NCBI GenBank assembly: GCA_944384915.1
Contig: CALWVH010000135.1
Location: 1,483 to 65,482 of the forward strand
Reading direction: 5' to 3'
Source: an uncultured Clostridia bacterium
GTDB lineage: Bacteria > Bacillota > Clostridia > Oscillospirales > Acutalibacteraceae
DNA: 64,000 nt
Shown here in pieces: positions 28,713 through 39,542 of this stretch. The position numbers and the translations under genes were made by a program. How positions within the stretch are numbered: position 1 is the first letter of the stretch; each line of letters starts with the position of its first letter. The notes beneath the pieces are model-generated. The model searched no databases and was not told the origin of the DNA. It was given only the letters and a program-made list of their open reading frames with translations.

Positions 28713-30653
28713 TTAGTCTTTTGCTTTGGTAGCAACCTGCATAAGAGCCTTGCTGAGGAATTCTTCCACAGACATAGCGCCCAGATCGCCCTCTTTGCGG
28801 TGACGGACAGAAACGGTGTTGCTCTCAGCTTCCTTCTCGCCCACAATCAGCATATAGGGGATCTTTTGCAGCTGGGCCTCACGGATCTTATAGCCGATCT
28901 TCTCGCTGCGCATATCGCAGGAAGCGCGCAGGCCGGCATTCTTCAACGTCTCAGTGACCTCCTGCGCCTTGTCATGGAACCGCTCGCTGATAGGCAGGAT
29001 GCGGACCTGTTCGGGCATCATCCACATAGGCAGGGCGCCCGCATACTTTTCAATCAGTAGGGCCAGCGTGCGCTCGTAGCAGCCAATGGAAGTACGGTGG
29101 ATGATATAGGGATTCTTCTTCTTGCCGTCCTTATCAACATATTCCATACCGAACTTTTCGGCCAATATCATGTCGATCTGAATGGTGATGAGGGTATCCT
29201 CCTTGCCGTATACGTTCTTGATCTGGATATCCAGCTTGGGGCCGTAGAAAGCGGCTTCGCCCACACCCTCCACATACGGGATTTCCAAATGATCCAGAAT
29301 ACGGCGCATTTGCTCCTGAGACTTCTCCCACAGTTCCGGCGTACCCTCATACTTCTCACGGTCATCCGGGTCCCACATAGAGAAGCGATAGGAAACATCC
29401 TCGTACAGGCCCAGGGTTTTCAGCATATAGATCACCAATTCCAGGCATCCCTTGAATTCGTCCTCCAGCTGGTCAGGTGTACACATCAGATGGCCTTCAG
29501 AAATAGTGAACTGGCGCACACGGATCAGGCCATGCATCTCGCCGGAAGCCTCGTTACGGAACAGGGTGGATGTCTCGTTATACCGCAGGGGCAGATCGCG
29601 ATAGGAACGCTGGCGGTTCAGATAAGCCTGATACTGGAAGGGGCAGGTCATGGGACGCAGAGCAAACACTTCGTCGTCCTTTTCCTCGTCGCCCAGTACA
29701 AACATACCGTCTTTATAGTGATCCCAGTGGCCGCTGACCTTGTACAGATCGCTCTTGGCCATAAAGGGAGTCTTGGTCAACAACCAGCCGCGCTTCTGCT
29801 CCTCATCCTCCACAAAGCGCTGCAAAAGCTGAATGACTCTTGCACCGTTAGGCAGCAGGATCGGCAGACCCTGTCCAATCAGATCGCAGGTGGTGAAGTA
29901 TTCCAGCTGACGGCCCAGGATGTTGTGATCGCGCTTCTTAGCCTCTTCCATGGCAGCCAGATGTTCTTCCAGCTGGGCAGCCTTGGGGAAGGAGATACCA
30001 TATACACGCTGGAGCATATCATTTTTTGCATCGCCGCGCCAATAAGCCGCTGTTGCAGCGGTGAGCTTTACCGCCTTGACGCAGCCAGTGCTCATCAGGT
30101 GAGGGCCGGCGCACAGATCGGTAAAGTCGCCCTGACGATACAGGGAAATATGCTCACCCTTACCAGCGTGCTCCTGAATCAGTTCTACTTTATACTTCTG
30201 GCCGTGTTCTGCCATGAACTTCTCGGCCTTTTCGGGGGAAAGCTCAAAGCGCTCCAGGGGCAGGTTTTCCTTGATGATCTTCTTGATTTCCCCTTCGATT
30301 TTAGTCAGATCGTCGGGGGTAAAGGGCTTCACACCGCCAATGTCATAATAAAACCCGTTGTCCACAGAGGGGCCAACACCGAAAACTGCTTCGGGGAACA
30401 GGCGCTGCACTGCCTGGGCCATAATGTGGGAAGTGGTGTGCCAGTAGGCCTTTTTGCCCTCAGGGTCGTCAAAGGTCAGGATAGAAAGCTCACAGTCCTC
30501 ATTGATGGGAGTGCGCAGGTCCACTACCTCACCATTGATCTTACCAGCACAGGAAGCCTTATACAGTCCCATGCCAATGCTCTTGGCAATGTCTGCCACG
30601 GTGATGCCGTTTTCAAACTCCCGGACTTCGCCTTTTAAACTGACTTTCACCAT
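28713..30653 (-). CDS. thrS: threonine--tRNA ligase
   Basis: The 646-aa product has an N-terminal TGS domain, an editing domain, a class II core and an anticodon-binding domain. Confidence 0.95.
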   Translation of the reverse strand: MVKVSLKGEVREFENGITVADIAKSIGMGLYKASCAGKINGEVVDLRTPINEDCELSILTFDDPEGKKAYWHTTSHIMAQAVQRLFPEAVFGVGPSVDNGFYYDIGGVKPFTPDDLTKIEGEIKKIIKENLPLERFELSPEKAEKFMAEHGQKYKVELIQEHAGKGEHISLYRQGDFTDLCAGPHLMSTGCVKAVKLTAATAAYWRGDAKNDMLQRVYGISFPKAAQLEEHLAAMEEAKKRDHNILGRQLEYFTTCDLIGQGLPILLPNGARVIQLLQRFVEDEEQKRGWLLTKTPFMAKSDLYKVSGHWDHYKDGMFVLGDEEKDDEVFALRPMTCPFQYQAYLNRQRSYRDLPLRYNETSTLFRNEASGEMHGLIRVRQFTISEGHLMCTPDQLEDEFKGCLELVIYMLKTLGLYEDVSYRFSMWDPDDREKYEGTPELWEKSQEQMRRILDHLEIPYVEGVGEAAFYGPKLDIQIKNVYGKEDTLITIQIDMILAEKFGMEYVDKDGKKKNPYIIHRTSIGCYERTLALLIEKYAGALPMWMMPEQVRILPISERFHDKAQEVTETLKNAGLRASCDMRSEKIGYKIREAQLQKIPYMLIVGEKEAESNTVSVRHRKEGDLGAMSVEEFLSKALMQVATKAKD

Positions 30654-30721
30654 AATCTATCGCTCCTTTATAAAAATTAGTTTTGGAAATTTCAGAGAAG
30701 ACCCGGAGGCCCAAAGTAAAT

Positions 30722-30935
30722 AAAAAAGCCTGCCCCATCTCTGGGGCAGGCATCATGCTCTGCGGTTCCACCCGGAATTCAGCTTTTGTATAAACAAAAG
30801 CCCTCGTACGGCTCATAACGGCGCCACCCGGCCTACCTTTAGCGGTTTCCCGTGTTCGGAGGCTGCTCAGAGGCGGTGTCTCATCCCCCACCTACCGCAG
30901 GCGCTTTCAGCCGGTGACGCCCACTCTCTTTTGTA
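30722..30935 (-). promoter_or_regulatory. T-box leader (Thr-specific) with terminator
   Basis: On the minus strand there is an AGAGAG box (30924-30929) and a candidate ACC specifier (30875-30877). The T-box motif AATTCCGGGTGGAACCGCAG (about 30758-30780) precedes the terminator gcctgcccc agagat ggggcaggc plus T6 (30722-30751). A candidate promoter TTGACA-17-TACCAT lies at 30987-31015. Confidence 0.75.
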
Positions 30936-31029
30936 GGAATATGGGAGAAGAGCTTCCTCTTCTCTGCATTTCTCTTTATTGGCTTAATGGTATCACTGTT
31001 TTTTCACTTTGTCAAGGCTGGATGGAGGA

Positions 31030-31695
31030 TTATTTTTTCCCGTTATTTTCCTCTATTACCTGCTTTAACAATTCCTGCCGCTTATATTGGGTATCCACAG
31101 CATCCTCCTGGGTATTGCGAAAACGGCTTCTTGCCGCTCCAATACTTCCAGCTGCCGCAGTAAATACCGACAACAGCCAATATCCAAGACGGATCATGGT
31201 ACCTTGTGCAGACGCCCAGTCTAGATGCTCATTATAGTTGACATCAATTTGATAAGCCAATTCTCCGCTAGTCTGGCTGTTTAAAAGCACGATTCCTTCT
31301 GGGTTCTCCATCATGTATACTTCGGCAACAATACCGAAGATCACCAACAGCGCTCCGATCACCGAAATAATGACATAGGCGATCCAGCGCTTGCGCTGAC
31401 ACAAGTGTACCAGCCGTATCAAACCAGCCGCACAAAGGGCAATGCCAGCAAAAAGTAAAATCAGACGCAGAGCGATCATCCCGCCGCTATTCCAAAACCG
31501 ATAGGTGTCCTCCAACGTCTGGGCTCCGGCAATAGCAGAAAACTCGCCGCTTTCCAGCAGGCCCGAAGGCTGACGTACCTCCCTGCCATAAAGATTATTG
31601 TAGAGGGACCATTCGTTCACAGCAGTAAACAGCAGGAACACCCCTCCTACCAGCGCCATCAGAAAATCAATAGCGGCACTTTTTTCCTTTTTCAT
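31030..31695 (-). CDS. hypothetical polytopic membrane protein
   Basis: The product has about 5 TM segments and no recognised family. I prefer the ATG at 31695 (MKKEKSAAIDFL...); the ORF-track start is 31737. Confidence 0.5.
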   Translation of the reverse strand: MKKEKSAAIDFLMALVGGVFLLFTAVNEWSLYNNLYGREVRQPSGLLESGEFSAIAGAQTLEDTYRFWNSGGMIALRLILLFAGIALCAAGLIRLVHLCQRKRWIAYVIISVIGALLVIFGIVAEVYMMENPEGIVLLNSQTSGELAYQIDVNYNEHLDWASAQGTMIRLGYWLLSVFTAAAGSIGAARSRFRNTQEDAVDTQYKRQELLKQVIEENNGKK

Positions 31696-31833
31696 CGGTG
31701 CGGTTTTTTTCAAGCAAGACACTCTCCCCTCTGTCAAATCTGCAAAATCATGTTCTCTGCCTGTATTATAACATAATTACGGGCATTTGTGTAAAGGAAA
31801 GCGCACTTTTATGAAAAGTTTCTATTTCCTTCA

Positions 31834-31862
31834 TAAAAAAACTGGGAGGCTAGTAGCCTCCC
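31834..31862 (-). terminator. rny terminator
   Basis: On the minus strand, the hairpin gggaggc tacta gcctccc is followed by T7. Confidence 0.8.
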
Positions 31863-31877
31863 GGAAGTAATCCAAAA

Positions 31878-33437
31878 TTATTTTGCGTACTCGATAGCAC
31901 GGCTCTCGCGAATCAAGTTCACCTTGATCTGACCCGGATACTCCAGATCGCTCTCGATCTTTTTGCAGATATCCCGAGCCAACAGCACCATTTTGTCGTC
32001 GCTGATGACCTCAGGTTTCACGATCACGCGTACCTCACGGCCTGCCTGGATTGCATAGCAACGATCAACGCCCTCGAAGGAAGAAGCCACCTCTTCCAGT
32101 TTTTCCAGACGCTTGATGTAATTCTCCAAATTCTCACGCCGAGCGCCGGGACGGGCAGCGGAAATGGCATCCGCAGCCTGTACAATACAGGCGATGACGG
32201 TTTTGGGTTCCACATCTCCATGGTGTGCATGGATGGCGTGGATAATTGCTTCGCTTTCCTTGTACTTTCTGGCAGCCTCGACGCCGATGTCCACATGGGA
32301 GCCCTCGATCTCATGATCCAGAGCCTTACCGATATCATGCAGCAAACCGGCACGGCGAGCCATAGTGGGGTTCAGCCCCAGCTCGGAAGCCATCAGGCCG
32401 GACAGATATGCTACTTCCAACGAATGGTTCAGCACATTCTGGCCATAGCTGGTGCGGTAACGCAGCCGCCCCAACAGTTTAACCAGTTCAGGATGAATTC
32501 CATTGATACCAGCTTCAATAATGGCGCGCTCGCCTTCCTGCTTGATGGTCTGCTCCACCTCACGGCGTGCTTTATCCACCATTTCCTCAATACGGGCAGG
32601 GTGGCTACGGCCATCAGAAATCAGGCGCTCCAAAGCGATACGGGCAATTTCCCGGCGCACCGGCTCAAAGCAGGAGAGGGTAATTGCCTCCGGTGTATCA
32701 TCAATAATCAGATCTACACCGGTCAGAGTCTCAATGGCTCGGATATTCCGGCCCTCACGGCCAATAATCCGGCCCTTCATTTCATCATTGGGCAGGGGAA
32801 CCACAGAAATAGCAGCCTCGGCCACATGGTCGGCGGCACAGCGCTGAATCGCAAGGGCGATAATCTCTCTTGCGCTCTTCTCCGCCTCATCCCGGGTCTG
32901 CTGCTCAATTTCCATGACCTTAACAGCCTTTTCGTGAATCAGCTCGTTTTCCAGATTCTTCAGCAGATATTCCTTAGCCTGCTCCATGGTAAACCCGGAA
33001 ATCCGCTCCAACACCTCAAACTGGCTCTTTTTTACCGTCTCGGCTTCCTGCAAACGTTCTTCTGCCTTTTTGTTCTTTTTGGCTACTGCTTCTTCTTTGG
33101 CCTCCAGACTCTCCATCTTTTTATCGAGAGTCTCTTCCTTTTGCTGCACGCGGCGCTCCTGCCGCTGAATCTCTTTACGGCGCTCATTGAGCTCCCGCTC
33201 TGATTCATTGCGAAGGCGATGGATCTCGTCCTTGCCCTCTAAAATAGTCTCTTTTTTCTTGGCTTCCGATGTTTTTATCGCATCACTAACGATCCTTTTG
33301 GCTTCCTGCTCAGCAGAACCGATGGCGGCCTCTGCCTGCTTTTTCCGGTGAGCAATACCAGCAGCGAAGGCAACTGCGCCTGCTGCTGCTGCAACCAGGA
33401 TCGCGATGAGAATACACACCCATACAGGTACGCTCAT
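31878..33437 (-). CDS. rny: ribonuclease Y
   Basis: It has an N-terminal TM, a coiled coil, a KH domain ([13 protein letters not shown]) and an HD domain (LLHDIGKA). I chose the start at 33437 (MSVPVWV...) so that the TM begins at the N-terminus. Confidence 0.9.
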   Translation of the reverse strand: MSVPVWVCILIAILVAAAAGAVAFAAGIAHRKKQAEAAIGSAEQEAKRIVSDAIKTSEAKKKETILEGKDEIHRLRNESERELNERRKEIQRQERRVQQKEETLDKKMESLEAKEEAVAKKNKKAEERLQEAETVKKSQFEVLERISGFTMEQAKEYLLKNLENELIHEKAVKVMEIEQQTRDEAEKSAREIIALAIQRCAADHVAEAAISVVPLPNDEMKGRIIGREGRNIRAIETLTGVDLIIDDTPEAITLSCFEPVRREIARIALERLISDGRSHPARIEEMVDKARREVEQTIKQEGERAIIEAGINGIHPELVKLLGRLRYRTSYGQNVLNHSLEVAYLSGLMASELGLNPTMARRAGLLHDIGKALDHEIEGSHVDIGVEAARKYKESEAIIHAIHAHHGDVEPKTVIACIVQAADAISAARPGARRENLENYIKRLEKLEEVASSFEGVDRCYAIQAGREVRVIVKPEVISDDKMVLLARDICKKIESDLEYPGQIKVNLIRESRAIEYAK

Positions 33438-33649
33438 ATCCGGTACCATACCTCCTTTTCTTAAAAATATCAAATTGTAAAATCATTCACTCAAATCAAA
33501 CGGGTGCGTTACGCCCGACAATTAAAGCAATATGCATTTCGATACTAATTGTATTACTTTACCCACCCCTGTGTCAAGAAAATTGTTCATAATTTCAATA
33601 CTTTGTCTTTACAATTCTTTTTTCAAAAATTGTATGTTTAGATACAAAA

Positions 33650-34975
33650 TTATGGTCTTTTTTCATGTTCTTCTGTAATCCAGTCATAAAATAATGGCGG
33701 AAGTTCCGGCTGGGTCTCCGTAATTTTTAGGCACTTTTCCAGAGCCTTAGCCCCTTCCTCTGCCATTGAATCCGTTGAGGCATATACGGTTGCCAACACT
33801 TCCCCTTGTTTCACAGAATCTCCCAGAGTCTTTGCAAACCGGATGCCCGCACCATAATCCAGCGAGCTTTCTTTTGTCTCCCGTCCTGCACCCAAAAGCA
33901 CAGAACACCGGCCAATCCCCTGGGTGTCCATTGCTCCCAGCCAGCCAGAAGAGGCAGCCAATATCTGTCTCTTTGCTCGTCCCTGGGGTAAACCCTCCGG
34001 ATGGCGCACCACTTTCGGGTCGCCTCCCTGCCGGCGGATCATTTCCTCCATCCGCTCTCGGGCACTGCCATCCCGCAACTTCTCCGCCGCCAAAGTCCGG
34101 GCCGTTTCCATATCCGGCGCTTTCTGTGCCAACCACGCCATTGCTGCCGCCACTTCTATAGAAAGCCGGCGTACATCCTCTGGCCCTTCGCCGCAAAGCA
34201 CCCGGCAGGCTTCTTCTACTTCCAGCGCGTTTCCTACAGCCATACCCAAAGGGCGGTTCATATCGGTAATCAGAGCGGCAGTGGGTTTCCCTGCCCTGGT
34301 CCCAATAGAAACCATAGCCCGAGCGAGAGCACGGGAATCCTCCAGCGTCTTCATGAATGCGCCATCGCCGGTCTTAACATCCAGTACAATACAATCATTG
34401 CCTGCCGCCAGTTTTTTACTCATAATACTGGAAGCGATGAGTGGCAGGCTTTCCACGGTAGCGGTAACGTCCCGCAGAGCATAGAGCTTTTTATCAGCAG
34501 GAGCCAATTCCCCGCTTTGGCTGACGATACACACCCCTACTGTCCCGGCAATATCTGCAAAGGTTTCAGGTGGTAATTGAGTGGTAAATCCTGGAATTGA
34601 TTCCAATTTATCGATGGTACCTCCGGTGTATCCTAGCCCGCGTCCACTCATCTTAGCTACCGTCACCCCACAGGCAGCCGCCAACGGTGCCGCCACCAGC
34701 GTGATTTTATCCCCCACGCCACCGGTACTGTGTTTGTCTACCTTCACTCCCGGGATGTGGGACAAATCTGCCATTTCCCCAGAACGGGCCATTGCCATAG
34801 TGAGCCAAGCCGTTTCCTCTTGGTTCATCCCCTGAATACAAATAGCCATTAGAAGTGCAGAGAGTTGGTAGTCCGGGATATCCCCGGTAGTGCAGCCCTG
34901 AACGAAATATTCGATCTCTTCCCGGGAAAGAGCTTTGCCCAGGCGCTTCCGGTTGAGGATATCATACATATGCAA
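33650..34975 (-). CDS. pdp: pyrimidine-nucleoside (thymidine) phosphorylase
   Basis: It has DKHSTGGVGDK and SGRGLGYTGGTIDKLESIPG. The start is TTG with AGGAGGG 6 nt upstream. Confidence 0.9.
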   Translation of the reverse strand: MHMYDILNRKRLGKALSREEIEYFVQGCTTGDIPDYQLSALLMAICIQGMNQEETAWLTMAMARSGEMADLSHIPGVKVDKHSTGGVGDKITLVAAPLAAACGVTVAKMSGRGLGYTGGTIDKLESIPGFTTQLPPETFADIAGTVGVCIVSQSGELAPADKKLYALRDVTATVESLPLIASSIMSKKLAAGNDCIVLDVKTGDGAFMKTLEDSRALARAMVSIGTRAGKPTAALITDMNRPLGMAVGNALEVEEACRVLCGEGPEDVRRLSIEVAAAMAWLAQKAPDMETARTLAAEKLRDGSARERMEEMIRRQGGDPKVVRHPEGLPQGRAKRQILAASSGWLGAMDTQGIGRCSVLLGAGRETKESSLDYGAGIRFAKTLGDSVKQGEVLATVYASTDSMAEEGAKALEKCLKITETQPELPPLFYDWITEEHEKRP

Positions 34976-34986
34976 GGCGATCCCTC

Positions 34987-35406
34987 CTATCGTAGATTCC
35001 CTGGACTAAATCCAAAAGGTAGAAGTTTCGACAAAGTATACTCTTTGTATTCATTGTTTTCTGTTGCCAATAAGACTAAAAAGGTTTCCGGGTCACAAAA
35101 CTCCATCATGACCTGCCGACACACGCCGCAGGGAGGGCATTCCCCTTTACAGGCATCTCCCTGTTCCCCCCCTACAATTGCAATGGCGGTAAAGTTCTTT
35201 TCTCCCTCACTCACTGCTTTGGCAAAGGCAGTCCGTTCGGCACAAATCGACGGAGAGTATGCAGCGGACTCTATATTACATCCTGTATATATTTTTCCGT
35301 CTTCACACAGCAAAGCAGCCCCTACCGCAAAATGAGAATAGGGACAGTAGGCGTGCTCTCTAGCTATCTTGGCTTGTTGACATAAAAGATCTTTCCACTG
35401 CTCCAT
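34987..35406 (-). CDS. cdd: cytidine deaminase
   Basis: The zinc motifs CAERTA and PCGVCRQ are present in a 139-aa product. Confidence 0.9.
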   Translation of the reverse strand: MEQWKDLLCQQAKIAREHAYCPYSHFAVGAALLCEDGKIYTGCNIESAAYSPSICAERTAFAKAVSEGEKNFTAIAIVGGEQGDACKGECPPCGVCRQVMMEFCDPETFLVLLATENNEYKEYTLSKLLPFGFSPGNLR

Positions 35407-35417
35407 TTCTACACCGC

Positions 35418-36122
35418 CTATTCCGCGATTTCCAATGCAATCTCCATCATTTGGTTAAAGGTGGTCTGGCGCTCATCCGCAGAAAGGGCTTCCCCAGTAA
35501 GGGGAAGATCAGACACTGTAAACAGTGCTAATGCCTTTTTCCCAGCCCGTGCTGCGTTCATATACAGCCCAGCGGACTCCATCTCAACGCCCAACACTCC
35601 CATTTTTTTCCAGTCCTTTAAGCTGTCCGCATAGTCCCCATAAAACAGGTCGGAGGTCACCACATTGCCCACGTGATGGGGGACGTGCAGCTTCCTAGCA
35701 GCCTGCACCCCCTTTTCCAACAGGGAAAAATCCGCTGCCGGAGAAAAAGTACCCGGTAGACGGAACTGGGACCCATAATTGGAATCTGTACAGGCGCTCA
35801 TAGCGAAAATAACGTCACGCAACGCCACATTTTCTCCGATTCCTCCAATAGAACCGATGCGGATAATATTCTCCACCCCATAAAAATGGTATAACTCATA
35901 GCTGTAAATCCCCATGGAAGGGATACCCATACCACTCCCCATCACAGAAATACGTTTTCCCTGGTATTCCCCTGTATATCCCAGCATATTCCGCACGGTA
36001 TTGAAACACACTGGATGAGAGAGATAGGTTTCTGCGATATATTTGGCCCGAAGAGGATCTCCGGGCATGAGGACGGTACGGGCAATGTCACCCGGTTCGC
36101 CGTGATTGTGAGGGGTACTCAT
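35418..36122 (-). CDS. deoD: purine nucleoside phosphorylase, DeoD type
   Basis: It has [31 protein letters not shown] and [10 protein letters not shown]. Confidence 0.9.
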   Translation of the reverse strand: MSTPHNHGEPGDIARTVLMPGDPLRAKYIAETYLSHPVCFNTVRNMLGYTGEYQGKRISVMGSGMGIPSMGIYSYELYHFYGVENIIRIGSIGGIGENVALRDVIFAMSACTDSNYGSQFRLPGTFSPAADFSLLEKGVQAARKLHVPHHVGNVVTSDLFYGDYADSLKDWKKMGVLGVEMESAGLYMNAARAGKKALALFTVSDLPLTGEALSADERQTTFNQMMEIALEIAE

Positions 36123-36282
36123 AAAACTGCCTCCTTTTTATTCATTGCATAGATACATTGGGGTATATAGTCGAATTTTCTGTGCAATTTATTGTATTTC
36201 TGCTATTATTATACCCCATCCTCCTAGGACCGTCAACGGCAAAAGAAGATGGGGTATTTTTCTTTTATGGGATTTTCGACGG

Positions 36283-37059
36283 TTACTCTACAGTCTCTTT
36301 TAGCAGTGCATCGATATAGGCGGCTGCACTTTCAAAGGTACGGGATACTACTTCCAAAACCGCCTTTTCTGAGGAAACCGGTGCGGCACTGGCAAAAGCC
36401 TTGAGCATAGGGATATCATTGCAGCCATCTCCCATGGTAAAGATATTCTGCCGGTCCCAATTCTTTAGCTCTGCCAGACGCAAAATCCCCTCTGCCTTGT
36501 TGAATCCATAGGGCACAGAATCGCAGCAGCGCCAGTTGACATGAGTGACGATCTTTCCAGGAAAAAGGCTGTCCAGATGTTTAGCAAAAGCCTGAGCCTG
36601 CTCTGGTTCTTCAAACAAAGTGCTGATCTGGATCACGTCTGATAGTTCCAACATTTTTTCCTTACTGCGGCGCCCGAGGTCACACACTTGGTCCCAATAT
36701 GGGTCGCTGTTATCCTGTGTATGGGCCGCTAATCCGTTGCGAGTAGCCACCACATAATAAATGATTTCCTCCAGTTCCGGAAGGTTAAACACCGCTTTGG
36801 ATACCTCCGGGTCAAATGCTGCCGACCATACAGGGTTACCGGCTCCGTCATGGATGGCCGCCCCATTGTCGCACACCAGAAAATCCACGGTAATGCCATG
36901 ACGGCGCAGTTCCGGAATAATCATTTGAAAAGGACGTCCCGTGACAATTCCAAAGACATTGCCTGCTTTGCGCCAGCGCTCCACTGCTGCAAGGTTTCCA
37001 GGTACACATTCCTCTCCGGTATAAAAGGTGCCGTCAAAATCTGTTGCCAGTATTTTCAT
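36283..37059 (-). CDS. Cof-type HAD-IIB family hydrolase
   Basis: The DxD motif occurs in MKILATDFDGTF and GDGCNDIPM lies near the C-terminus. The ATG at 37059 has GGCGG/AAAGG upstream. Confidence 0.8.
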   Translation of the reverse strand: MKILATDFDGTFYTGEECVPGNLAAVERWRKAGNVFGIVTGRPFQMIIPELRRHGITVDFLVCDNGAAIHDGAGNPVWSAAFDPEVSKAVFNLPELEEIIYYVVATRNGLAAHTQDNSDPYWDQVCDLGRRSKEKMLELSDVIQISTLFEEPEQAQAFAKHLDSLFPGKIVTHVNWRCCDSVPYGFNKAEGILRLAELKNWDRQNIFTMGDGCNDIPMLKAFASAAPVSSEKAVLEVVSRTFESAAAYIDALLKETVE

Positions 37060-37186
37060 GAAAGTACCGCCTTTCCTGTTTTTTCGCAAACAGTATACCA
37101 CGATTTCCTTCCAAATGCAAAAAAGGTCGAAAGCCAGCCATACTCCATTGCATTTCCCTCTGTGGTGTGATAAAATACCTCTGTAA

Positions 37187-37202
37187 GTTAGGTCGAGCTA
37201 AC
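37187..37202. promoter_or_regulatory. GTTAGGTCGAGCTAAC palindrome, DtxR/IdeR-type iron-box-like candidate operator of feoAB
   Basis: The arms are GTTAG/CTAAC. It lies just downstream of an extended -10 (TGATAAAAT, 37168-37176). It partly matches the TTAGGTTAGCCTAACCTAA consensus as I recall it. Confidence 0.3.
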
Positions 37203-37227
37203 AAAAACAGAAAGGAACGACCCGTGA

Positions 37228-37458
37228 ATGAGACTATGCGACGGAGAACCCGGCAAAACCTATGAAGTGTGTGCCATCCATCTAGCAATGCAGATGGAGA
37301 GGCGCTTGGAGGCCCTGGGGCTGACTCCTGGGGGAAAAATACAGATTTTAGGAAAAAAACCTCGGGGAGCCATGATTGTAAAATTTCGAGGTTCTCGCTT
37401 TGCCCTTGGCAAAAGGATGACGGAAAAGATTCAAATTCGAGAGGGGGCAGAGCAATGA
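37228..37458 (+). CDS. feoA: ferrous iron transport protein A
   Basis: The 76-aa product has an SH3-like FeoA sequence (GKIQILGKKPRGAMIVKFRGSRFALG). It overlaps the feoB start (ATGA). Confidence 0.8.
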   Translation: MRLCDGEPGKTYEVCAIHLAMQMERRLEALGLTPGGKIQILGKKPRGAMIVKFRGSRFALGKRMTEKIQIREGAEQ

Positions 37459-39542
37459 AAAGTACAAAGATAGCCAGAAACCAAACTAACACTACAGAAG
37501 CCCGGCCCCTACGAGTAGGCTTTATCGGCAACCCCAACTGCGGAAAGACCACCCTATTCAACGCCTATACAGGCGCTAACCTAAAGGTGGCCAACTGGCC
37601 TGGTGTTACCGTAGAAAAGGTAGAAGGTTCCATGATTTTTCAGGGACGAAAAATTCAACTGGTAGACCTTCCCGGCACCTACAGCCTCACCTCCTACACT
37701 ATGGAGGAGCAGGTATCCCGAGAGTACATCCTCAGCGACGACGTAGATGTCATCGTGGATGTGGCAGATGCTTCCGCTTTGGAACGAAACCTATATCTTA
37801 CACTACAACTCATTGAGTTGGGGAAACCTGTGGTGCTGGCTCTAAACATGATGGATATCGTACAAAAGAGAGGCATGGAAATCGATATGCACCGTCTCCC
37901 GGAAATGTTAGGTATCCCAGTTATCGCGGTTAGCGCTAGAAAGCGCCGGGGGTTGGATGTGCTTATGCACGCGGTGCTCCACCATAGCGATCGAAAGGAA
38001 CGCACTCCCCTGATCCACCATCACAACAACCGCAATTCCAAGCACCTTCACGATCACCATGAAGAATTCGCCATGGTGTACAGCGACGAGATCGAGGATA
38101 AGATTGATATCGTCAAGGCCCAACTGAAGGAAAAATATCCCACCCTCACCAACCACCGCTGGCACGCTATGAAGATTCTAGAAGGGGATACGGTGATTAT
38201 GGAGAAATACCCGCTGGACCTTCCCAAAGGGCTGGCGGATTCCTGCGGCCAAGAGATTATCAACGAGAAGTACGACTTCATTGAGGAAATCATGGAGGAA
38301 ACTTTGGTGAACCGGGATACCAAGGTTGCCCGTACGGACCGTATTGACCGGCTTCTCACCCACCGTTGGCTGGGGTTCCCCATTTTCCTGGCCATTATGG
38401 CGCTGGTATTTTTACTTACTTTCACCATAGGCGACTGGCTCAAGGAATACATGAGTTTGCTGCTGGAATGGATCTCCACTTCCCTGCGCACTGGTATGGA
38501 GAGCATTGCTGTCAATGAAATGCTCACCTCCCTGGTGGTAGATGGTATCGTGTCCGGCGTAGGCGGTATCCTTACTTTCCTGCCTAATATTATCATCCTG
38601 TTTTTGGCTTTGGCCTTTTTGGAGGACAGTGGCTATATGTCCCGGGCCGCCTACGTCATGGACGGCATCATGAGCCGTCTGGGCCTTTCCGGCCGGGCGT
38701 TCATTCCCATGATTCTAGGTTTTGGCTGCACTGTTCCCGCCATTATGGCCTCCCGTGCTTTGGAAGACCGGCGAGATCGGATGAAGACCATGCTGGTGAC
38801 TCCTTTTATGTCGTGCAGTGCCCGTCTTCCTATTTACGTACTCTTTTCGGAGATGTTTTTTGAAGACAACGCTATGATCGTCGCCTACTCTATGTATGTG
38901 CTGGGATTGCTGGTAGCCATTTTGGTGGCGTTTGTCCTCCATCTCATTGACCGGAAAAATTCGGCTTACACGCTGCTCATCGAACTTCCCGAATACAAAG
39001 CCCCCAGCGCCCGCACGGTATTTATCTATGTGTGGGAAAAGGTGAAGGATTACCTTACCAAGGCGGGCACCACCATTTTCATTGCTTCTATTATTATGTG
39101 GTGCATTTTAAACTTTGGTCCTGGCGGTTACGTCTCCAATATTGCCGACAGCTTTGGCTCTATGATCGGTAAATGGATTGTCCCTGTGTTCCAGCCTATT
39201 GGCCTTGGTTACTGGCAGATCGTAGTGGCCCTCATCGCCGGTATTTCTGCCAAGGAAGTGGTGGTGTCCAGCTGCTCGGTACTGTTTAGTGTCAGCAATA
39301 TCACCACGGCAGAAGGCATGGCTTCCCTCTCCGCTATCCTTGGGACTATGGGATTCGGCGCCCTTAACGCCTATGCCCTTATGGTATTCAGCCTGCTGTA
39401 TGTGCCCTGCATTGCCACCCTGGCCACCATCCGTCGGGAATCCGGCAGTTGGAAATGGACGGGAATGGCCGCCCTGTTCCAGCTGGTACTGGCCTGGGGC
39501 GTCACCTTCCTGGTGTATCAGATCGGAGGGCTGTTTGTCTGA
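37455..39542 (+). CDS. feoB: ferrous iron transport protein B
   Basis: It has the G-domain motif GNPNCGKTTLFN and a polytopic C-terminal permease. The ORF-track start at 37269 is an out-of-context extension across feoA. Confidence 0.95.
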   Translation: MKSTKIARNQTNTTEARPLRVGFIGNPNCGKTTLFNAYTGANLKVANWPGVTVEKVEGSMIFQGRKIQLVDLPGTYSLTSYTMEEQVSREYILSDDVDVIVDVADASALERNLYLTLQLIELGKPVVLALNMMDIVQKRGMEIDMHRLPEMLGIPVIAVSARKRRGLDVLMHAVLHHSDRKERTPLIHHHNNRNSKHLHDHHEEFAMVYSDEIEDKIDIVKAQLKEKYPTLTNHRWHAMKILEGDTVIMEKYPLDLPKGLADSCGQEIINEKYDFIEEIMEETLVNRDTKVARTDRIDRLLTHRWLGFPIFLAIMALVFLLTFTIGDWLKEYMSLLLEWISTSLRTGMESIAVNEMLTSLVVDGIVSGVGGILTFLPNIIILFLALAFLEDSGYMSRAAYVMDGIMSRLGLSGRAFIPMILGFGCTVPAIMASRALEDRRDRMKTMLVTPFMSCSARLPIYVLFSEMFFEDNAMIVAYSMYVLGLLVAILVAFVLHLIDRKNSAYTLLIELPEYKAPSARTVFIYVWEKVKDYLTKAGTTIFIASIIMWCILNFGPGGYVSNIADSFGSMIGKWIVPVFQPIGLGYWQIVVALIAGISAKEVVVSSCSVLFSVSNITTAEGMASLSAILGTMGFGALNAYALMVFSLLYVPCIATLATIRRESGSWKWTGMAALFQLVLAWGVTFLVYQIGGLFV

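Noticed and set aside
29097-30638. Very long antisense ORFs opposite highly expressed genes. Examples are 29097-30638 opposite thrS, 39816-41282 opposite proS, 55003-56475 opposite nrdD, 52847-54127 opposite glyA, 23561-24907 opposite the aminotransferase, 49360-50745 opposite the permease, 41562-42482 opposite oadB, 59088-59771, 59793-60476 and 60699-61754 opposite GH38, and 4496-5401 opposite the lipoprotein.
   Set aside because: Their translations are low-complexity (rich in G/H/Q/L/A), lack RBSs and have no recognisable motifs. Each lies in the stop-poor antisense frame of a gene with strong codon bias. This is the expected shadow-ORF artefact in GC-rich coding DNA, not evidence of overlapping genes.
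37269-37454. The ORF track gives feoB a 757-aa form starting at 37269, overlapping feoA.
   Set aside because: The extension lies in a different frame across the well-supported feoA gene and has no RBS. The ATG at 37455 overlaps the feoA stop (ATGA) and starts just upstream of the G1 motif.
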